DNA of 62,095 nt, filler included, from Xylographa opegraphella (taxonomy: Eukaryota): the NCBI GenBank assembly GCA_022813865.1. It is 7 parts of 7 records of this genome, joined end to end, with 100 filler letters (N's around TTAATTAATTAA, not from the genome) between each part and the next. Parts side by side here need not be neighbours in the genome. Positions count along the whole stretch, not along the records: positions 53,803 to 62,095 come from JALDZX010000190.1; 6 more parts are not named here. One strand, written 5' to 3'. Below the pieces are notes generated by a model. It did no database searches. It was given only the letters and a program-made list of their open reading frames with translations, and was not told the origin of the DNA. Below are positions 53,881 to 62,095 of the stretch, in pieces. Every line of letters begins with the position of its first letter. Position 1 is the stretch's first letter. A program made the position numbers and the translations under genes.

Positions 53881-53989
53881 CTTCGAATCATCGATTTTAA
53901 AGCAGGTTCAAATAATAATAGCCGACGGGTTATCAAGAAAGAAAAAAACGATATATAAAATCACTTTCTGTCGCTATTTATTAATATCA

Positions 53990-54452
53990 TGAAGAGATAG
54001 TCTTTAATATAGTTATTATGGCCAGGTACCATATCATTTTAGGCTTATTTTGGTGAATCAAGCATAATATATCCCTAGACTAAAACAGAGGAGTATTTAT
54101 CAAAAAGTATATTAATCGCGTTATTAATATATCTTTTTTATATCGACAGAGAACGATAATAAATTAAAAAAAAATCGAAAATCGGTCGATTTTATAAAAA
54201 TTTTATTTTCGAATAAAAACGATTTTACTCGAGGGTTCGACTCGATACGTATTAGCAAGGATTAGCAGGGCGAAATAAATCAAAGTTTAAAGAAAAGCAA
54301 CGCATCTTTTGATATCCCTGAAAAGTATAAAGCATGAACATGACTTTTTTAAAAAGAGGAAGGATTTAATGCTTTATTTAAATATTAACCTTGGGACTGT
54401 GAAATCAATCTCGAACCAGGGAAGGAGCCAATGTTTAAATATATATACAATA
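53990..54452 (+). mobile_element. Degraded Ty3/Gypsy pol fragment (protease-RT linker)
   Basis: IPEKYKA...PWDCEINLEPGKEPMFKYIY resembles the segment just before RT in fungal Gypsy pol; interrupted by family D at 54453. Confidence 0.65.
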
Positions 54453-54701
54453 TGTAACGGCGTGTTACATGGCACCTTAATAAGTGATAGACGGAACGGG
54501 ACTAAAGCGCGTCCGGNNNNNNNNNNNNNNNNNNNNNNNNNNNNNNNNNNNNNNNNNNNNNNNNNNNNNNNNNNNNNNNNNNNNNNNNNNNNNNNNNNNN
54601 NNNNNNNNNNNNNNNNNNNNNNNNNNNNNTCTAGGTTGAAATCGCTCACCTATAGCTGTGGTTCTAGGCCTGCTTTTCTGGTGAGATAGCGAGCAGTAAC
54701 A
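54453..54701 (-). mobile_element. Family D element (N gap inside)
   Basis: Both ends are reverse complements of the D termini; flanks do not match. Confidence 0.85.
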
Positions 54702-57027
54702 CGCAGGATTTTTTAAATTTTTTAAAAAAATAAAGCGATTAGCTTATCAACTCGAATTTTTTATAAATTAAAAAATTTATTTAATTTTTACGATCGTACA
54801 GTTTAATTCGGCGTTAAATTTTGAATTCGATTTTGATTATAAATTTATTTTTAATTAATTTATAGCGATATATACTAACGATTACGAAAATAAATTCTTT
54901 AAATTGAATTGATTATTAAATAAGCGGGGAAAAATATTTCGTAAAATATTTATCGTAGAATATTTAATTAAATAAAAAAAAATACGGCGCAAAATATAAT
55001 AAATAGCTAAAAAAAATTTAAACGAGATACGAAAGCTTATTAATGGTTATAATAAAATTATAAAAAAAATATACACTCGATACGCTCGATCGAAAACTAT
55101 TAAAATTAATAAAAAAAATAATATTAATATATTATCATTAACGAAAAAAAGAGGTTGATTAAAAAAATCATTTAAACGTATTGATATTATATACAGATTT
55201 TGTTTAGTGTAAACGTTAAAATCTTTTTAATTAAAGGGATTTATTACGAGTTTTGAATATTAAATTTTAATTTAATTTGTACTTTTCTTTTTTTGTTCTG
55301 TTTATATATTTTAGCGAGTTATTATATAGCTGAACTTTTCTTATAATTATAATTTAGCTTTTTAATATTATTATACGATTATAAATCTTGTAGTCAAGTG
55401 TTTATCTCATATATTAAAAGTGAAATATATAATTTATAATAATTTTTATAGTAGTTTTCGATAAAATTTAATTATTCGAATTTAAAAACGAAATATTTTA
55501 TAAAATTTATAAAATTTATATTAAGTTTAGGTTTATATAATTTTATGACTAAATTAATTCAATTTAATTTAAAATTTAATTTAAAGTTTAATTTAAAATT
55601 CCGAGTTAAATTGCGATTCATCTTAATTTAATTCAAAACTCAATCTAAATTTAATTTAATTCATAATTTAATAAATTAATTCAATTTTTATCGTAGTATA
55701 TATATAAATTAACCGTTAAATTTACGTATAATAATTATTTTAACTATATTTAATTTAAATACTTTAATTAACTCGATAATTTACAGAGATTAAAATAATA
55801 ATTAAATTAATTAACGATAAAGTTTAATAATGATTAAATTTATAGTTAACTCAAGTTTACAAATTATTAAAAAATACGATAAATTTAATAACGCAGTAAG
55901 TATTTTATACAAAATATAAAAATTAATAAATATATTATATTAATTATAAATAATTACGAAATCATATACGCGCGTACTAACGTCGCCGGGTTAATAACGA
56001 CTCGAGTTTTTATTTAATAATTTTCGTTATTTTACAAATAAAACGGGACTTTGTTCTCAATATTTTATTTGATTTTAATAATTTTTCAATACAAATTTTA
56101 AACGATTAAAATTTTTTAAACTTGGTTAATTTTTAAATTCAATAAAAATTTTGCTAAACGTGTTGAACGTGTAAAATATATTAAATGCGTAAAAAATATA
56201 CAAAAAATATATAAGAATTAAAAATTTTGTATTATTTTTATTAATTTGCTAAATGAGTAAAAATATATTTTTGATCGAATTTTCATTTTTCTTTTTTGTT
56301 AATGAAAAAAATAATATAATAAAAATAATATTTTATCAAGGAAAAAAGTTTTTTATATATATAATTACGTTAATTAAATAGCAAATTAACGTTTATATTA
56401 TTAACAGGCAATATGAGAAATATTTTGCCAAATAACGTTATTTTCAACATTTTATAAAAACAATTAAATCGATAAAAATTTCAATAAAAACGAACGTAAA
56501 AATATATAAAAAAAATTAATTATAACGATAAATACACGATTATTAAATTTTTTTATAATTATGAAATAAATTCCTCGAATAATCAATCAATGTCGATGAC
56601 ATAAAAAAGTAAAAAAATTATTATTAATCAAACAGTAAAGCCAAAAATCACTTTTTATTGAAAATGTTAACACTGTTTTTCTCACCTCCCATTTTACGAT
56701 AATGTACTGAGGCATTAATATTAATTCAATTAACCACAGGAGCTATTACAGGATACCTTGGAAAATTGCAAACAGTATTGTCGAATAGTTGTCGTTAAAA
56801 TCCACAAACGACCTCCAACATAGCTAATTGCACCGTTTACATAGTACGATTAGAATCGACAATATCTCTGTCGAAAATTAAAGTCGACCAGCCCTTGATT
56901 ATACAGGTGGCAGCTCATGAGCTACCTTCAACGCGATCCTTTCAAACAAAGCTGGATCATCTAACCAATTACTTGAAGCCTGCTATTCTCATTACAGCGA
57001 TCTCCTTGACCTTGACTTACCAGAGCT

Positions 57028-58130
57028 ATGGAGTCTGAGGCGCAAGCAGGCTTTGGCATTCATGCAGCAGCGCGGGAAGGGCGAAGTATGTCTAGGTCAT
57101 GAGGGGCTGATTCACAGGGGCTGTACTGATCGGGAAATGAAGCAAATGTCGTAGAGTCGCTTCTTAATGTGAGATTTAAACTTACGTTGAGTTATCATTA
57201 ATGAATGGTCGTCCAAAGGCAAACTTCCGTCTAGCGAACCAAAGAGACGACGACGACCGACTTCCCATCCACTGGGCCGTTTCGTATAATCACCTACCTG
57301 TGGTCAAGCTATTGGTCTCTTGTGAAGACTTTGACCCCGACATTAAGGTGAGAAATGTTCAACGCAAAATTAATACTCGGCAGCTATGCACTCATACGTA
57401 GTGTAGGACGGGTCAGGATGGACGCCTTTGATGATTGCCGCAAGCTTACGTGATGGAGATGACCTTGTGGATCTGATGTTAAGGAAGGAAGCCGACGTGA
57501 ATGCGAAAAGTGAGATGTCAATTTATATCTTGCAATGGAATTTCTCATACACAAACTGATACTGACTATGTTGAAGACAACAATGGCCAGGTACGGCGGG
57601 TGCACGTCGCAAGCTACGCGTGTGTGTTGACACATTCTATAGACAGCATTGCATTTTGCCGCTTCAAAAAACAACCTTGAGGTGGCCCGGATACTGATTT
57701 CTCAGAAGGCAACGGCCAGGATGAAGGACAAAAGGAACCAGCTACCACTGCATCGAGCTGCAGCAGTAGGTTCAGTACCTATGGTGGAGCTCTTACTCCA
57801 AAGTAATAGTCCCGTAAATGCTGCCGACATTTCTGGTTATACAGCACTACATCACGGCGAGTAACTCTGATAGTTGCATTTAGGATTTTTATTCATTGTA
57901 AAATAGCAGTTTCGGAAGGTCATGGCGACACTGCATTGGTCCTTCTGAAAGCAGGGGCTGAGGTTGATAAGAAGGATATTGATGGTAACCTAGCTATTGA
58001 ACTGGCTCCAGATGCGAAGGTTCTTCTTCTTTCTATAGTGCTTTTGATGGCAAAGATCTGACGCCCTCAACAGCTTCGAAAGTTCCTTGTGCAAAGTGCG
58101 GAGCGCGAAGGCATAGATCTCATATCATGA
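57028..58130 (+). CDS. NAS6: 26S proteasome assembly chaperone Nas6/gankyrin (ankyrin repeats), 8 exons
   Basis: IHAAAREG, DDDDRLPIHWAVSYNH, DGSGWTPLMIAAS, GQTALHFAASKNN, QLPLHRAAAVGS, GYTALHHAVSEGH, C-terminal AEREGIDL. Confidence 0.92.
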
Positions 58131-58207
58131 CGAGGCTTGGCAAATATTGACAAACCAGTAGAACAAAGAGTTCCTGAATGCGAATTGAAGTCACGCTCCT
58201 TAATCAG

Positions 58208-61000
58208 TCAGGGCATGGTACTGTTGACCAAATCCCTGTACATTTTCTTTAGATCCCCTATATCAGCTTGAAGCTCGTCGACCAATTCGCTCTTCTCCCC
58301 GAGCATTTCAAGGGTTGTTTGGTATCGCTGATTAATCACCTCAACCTCCGTTTCAAAATTCAGAATCTTGGCCTCGGCAATCCGCTTTCCTTCCGCTTCA
58401 AGCATCAACGTAACCACCTGCTGTCTCGCTTCATCTCGCTGCGCTACTAGCTGGTTAAGGTCGTCTCTTGTTGCCGCTTTTTCACTCTCGAGACGTCGCA
58501 CAGCAGCACTCATGCGCTCAACAAGCTGTACTGAAGGTCCTGCAGCTGCTGTAGAAGCCGAAAACATGTCGTTGATCGTGCGCTCTGGGGTCGCTAGTGT
58601 GACCACCCCATCAAAGAAGTCTTCCTGGGGATATATCTCAGACGAGGGCATCTCTGGAATACCGTTATGAAGAGCTAGCTGAGAAGTCGAACCCAGCGAC
58701 CCTCGACGATGCGGCGTACCATCCTCTAAGCTATGAGGCGATTGACTTGAGTGCGGCCTTGCTATTGAATTGTGGGAGCTTGGTGTTGTAGAGTCCACAA
58801 GCCCGAATCCGGATCCTGCTTGGTGTCGCCGACCATAAGGACTTGCTTTTTCGGCTTGCCATTTCTGACGATTTTGGACGACAGGCAATTCTGTACGTAT
58901 TTGTGGTGATGAAGTGTTGATATTCTCAAACCGTAACTCTTTTTGCCCTGTTTCTAGCTTCTGCTCCAAAATTAGTCGCCAGTTCTCTCTTTCGGATATA
59001 AGCTCTTTTTGCAATTTCACGACCTCGGCCTCAGTTGATGATAACACGTGATTCACCATTGACAATCGTGCTTTCTGTTCCTTGACTTGCTGTTCGAGAT
59101 CCTGGATTTGATGTGAAGATTCTTCTTTTTGGTCTTCGAGCTGTCGACATTGACTTGCCTGCAAGAAAGTTAGAAAGATCGATCATTCAATTTTAAGATA
59201 CGTACCATACTCCTGGCCTTGCGGCGAATTTCTCCCTCTCTTTTAGCAACTTCGTCCCGCTCCGATTCGAGACTGGAAATCCTTGTCAGAAGTGATCCTT
59301 CTATACCTCGCCAATTCTCGCTCGCTACCGCATACTGAGTCTGAAGAGTCTCAATTTGCCGTAGTAATTTAGCTTGAGTATCACCAGAACTGCCAGAAGC
59401 GATATCCTCAGCACGAACGCGTAACGATTCAAATCGGCTCTCGAGCACCTATCCACCACCTTAGTATTGAAGTAATTCACAAGCATTTTTTCCAATACCA
59501 CTTACACGAAGCTCACCTCGCAACTCCACTTCATTAAACCTAGCTTTTTCATTTCCTCGGTTGAATTTCTCTTCTAATTCACGAACATGTCCCCGGTACC
59601 GCTCGTCAGTCAATTTTAGCTCTAATTTGGCATTACACAATTCATCCCGCAGCTCTGAAACCACTTTCTTCTGTGCTTCAACTAATTTTTTCAATTCTAT
59701 AGCTTCGTTTGCTCTTGCACTCTGTAAATTTGATAATTTTTGCTGCCACTCCGTATTCTCAATAGCTCTTTTATCGTTATTCAACTTTGCCTTCTCTAGC
59801 TGGATCTCTTGTTTTTGCAATATTCTCTGTTGGCGGAGGTTCTCGTTTCTATAACCTTCGGCTTCTCTCGCGCATTCTTCAACCGATGTTTTAGCCTTTA
59901 CAAGTTTTGCACAGACCGACTGAGTCTCTTTTAGGTTCTTTGCGTCCTCCATTACCGTTGCACGAGGATTTCTTATGGTGTTCAGGTGCTTCAGCTCATT
60001 TTGGGCCAGCTCTCGTCCCTCGCTCATCAGTAGAACAATCTTCTCACTCTTGCTTGCAAGCACTCGTTCAACACTGCCATCTTCAGCTTCAGGTTCCACA
60101 TTTGTTGTAACATACGTGGCCTGCCCCGTAAGGTATTGCGACTTAGCCTGTAGAGCATCGATGTGTTCGAGATCGAGATACCGGTGTGTTTCATCCTGCC
60201 TTCGAAACTCAGAGGCCTCGTAGCTGGTGCGTATTTGGTCAACGACTTCTTCACTCTGCATTGTAGGTTCTAATATAATCGCTGCATTGAAAGTCGAACC
60301 TGGTTGTTTCAGCCTACTGGGTTCTTGCAGTGAAAAGCCCGTAGATAAATGGCTTGTCGCCAAGTCGTAGGATTCTGATGACGTTGTTGTGATAGTGTCT
60401 ACTGCTTTGAAAGGTGGAGTTTTGTTTACATCTAACTCGCGAGATGTGCTTATACCTGTTGTGGAATACGAATCTCGGAGAAGTTGATCGTCTGCGCTCG
60501 CATATCCATGCTGATTCTCTGGTTTTAGGGAGACGTCACTTATGACCGACGCATCTCCATCGCTTTTCGAGTCCAGGTTACTTGGTGGGCTATCAGTGAC
60601 CTTTTTCGAGTTGGCAGATCGGCCGAGTAACCCGGATAAAGCTCCTGCTTCGGCACTGTTGTGGGTGATCGGGAGCTTCGCAAGACGCTCTTGAAGACAA
60701 TCATTCTCTCTACTTGAAGAGGTCTGACGAGACACATCTTGCCTTTGTATCAGTACGTTCTTGCTTCCAGGTCAGACGGATTTAAGTACTCATCCTGGGG
60801 CTTGCAGTAACTGGCACCTTCGTTGTCATGACTGCTCTATGTCCAGGCTTATCTGCCACGTCCATGCGAACAGTAACTGTAGAAGAGCTATCATCGTCGG
60901 CTAGAATATTGTCCAGCCGGGACTCGACGCCTGCTACGGCCTGCTGCAGGAAGGAGCCCCATCGAGATGTCAACCTGGGTTGTGATGACTGGGCTGGCAT
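58208..61000 (-). CDS. SGM1: TMF/Sgm1 golgin (TATA element modulatory factor family), 4 exons
   Basis: WGSFLQQAVAGVESRLDNIL, IDALQAK, KLLRQIETLQTQYAVASENW, GPSVQLVERMSAAVRRLESE, RYQTTLEMLGEKSE...DLKKMYR. Confidence 0.9.
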
Positions 61001-61455
61001 TCCCCTAGCAACAGCAGAATCCGCTTGATACTGGGCTCTGGAGCATTAATTATTGACGAACTTGTTTCACTGGAAGAATCGTCGGCGATTTGACCATTCG
61101 CGTCTGTATGTAGTTTACGGTTTCTGGTTGCCTGGGTAGGCACCTTCAGCACCCATGAAAGGAAACCGCGCTCCATAAGCATGGATTAATTTTAGCTTGC
61201 TTTAGTGGGTCGCTAGACCGTATCAAGTTTATATCAGAATTTCCTTTCGTGCGCGTTTACGTCGTCGTAATCTTTAATTCGCACGCAGTAAACGCGTATA
61301 TCGATATTTTTTTACTTTAATTTCGATTTTTATCGTTTTTATTTGTAAATATGCGAGCTCTGTGCAAATTATTTAATAACGATTTTTAAATTTAAATTTC
61401 AGTTGTTAAAATTTGCGTTTATGTATAAAAATTTCAATAATATAATTTTTGTTTT

Positions 61456-61652
61456 TGTTAGAAATAGAGTCCCGGCCTGCCTGCAGGATAGCGAGAGCTG
61501 CTAAGCGAGAGCTCGGGNNNNNNNNNNNNNNNNNNNNNTAGTGCGCGAGCATATAGTCTCGTAGTTGTTCATAGCTAATACAACACACTTGTTTACCCAT
61601 ATATTCTGCTAGAATGACCACTGCGCTTCAGTACCCATCGTACCTTTCAACA
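61456..61652 (+). mobile_element. Family F element (N gap inside)
   Basis: Identical to 27989-28185 outside the gap; flanks do not match. Confidence 0.9.
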
Positions 61653-62035
61653 ATAAATGTTTTAATATAAAATAAAAATATAAAGCTTTTTAAAATAATT
61701 TTTTTTCGATTCTCTGGTTGGTACGAGGCGTAATAATTATATTAATAATTATGTTTTTATAGTTATTAATAATAATTCTTTTGACGAAATGAAAAATAAT
61801 TTTTTTTAAATAAATTTCTTTTGTTTCGACAAGAATGTTTGCCTTAAAATGCTTTATAAAATACGTTTTTTAAACGATATAAATTATTGGGGGCGTAGTT
61901 TTTATAAAATTCCTAAAGAATTAAATATTTAAATTAACGTATTTATTAATTCGATATTTATCAGCATCGATTTTTTAAACGATAAATATTAAAACTATTT
62001 TTAAAATATTTATTTTTAAACTTTACTCGAGTAAA

Positions 62036-62095
62036 TGTTACAGCTCGCTATCTCACCAGAAAAGCAGGCCTAGAACCACAGCTATAGGTGAGCGA
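62036..62095 (+). mobile_element. Family D element, partial (window end)
   Basis: TGTTACAGCTCGCTATCTCACCAG..., one difference from the 18361 copy. Confidence 0.85.

Overview
Eukaryotic (filamentous ascomycete, Pezizomycotina-type) nuclear DNA. The window is not one contiguous locus: it is seven pieces of about 8.3-9.2 kb joined by identical 100-bp spacers (N44-TTAATTAATTAA-N44), and the pieces shrink steadily in size, which suggests size-sorted contigs pasted together. GC-normal islands hold 14 genes, 13 with introns: a GH45/expansin-like protein, a secreted Thr-rich protein, a tyrosine phosphatase, dynein light intermediate chain, Arb2, MRP2, an ASH1-like SET protein, Asterix, SQS1, GH12, CLF1 (intronless), eIF3h, NAS6 and SGM1. 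These islands sit among very AT-rich, RIP-like hypermutated transposon relics, including recognisable Ty3/Gypsy gag/pol. Two things stand out. (1) More than 20 short (150-255 bp) TG...CA solo-LTR-like elements from about 9 families, mostly unmutated. Several have perfect target-site duplications, they lie in or at the edge of the AT-rich DNA, and four are nested inside one another. (2) The mutation signature removes C in CpA, CpT and CpC contexts but largely spares CpG. All calls come from reading the sequence and recalling protein families; no database search was run.
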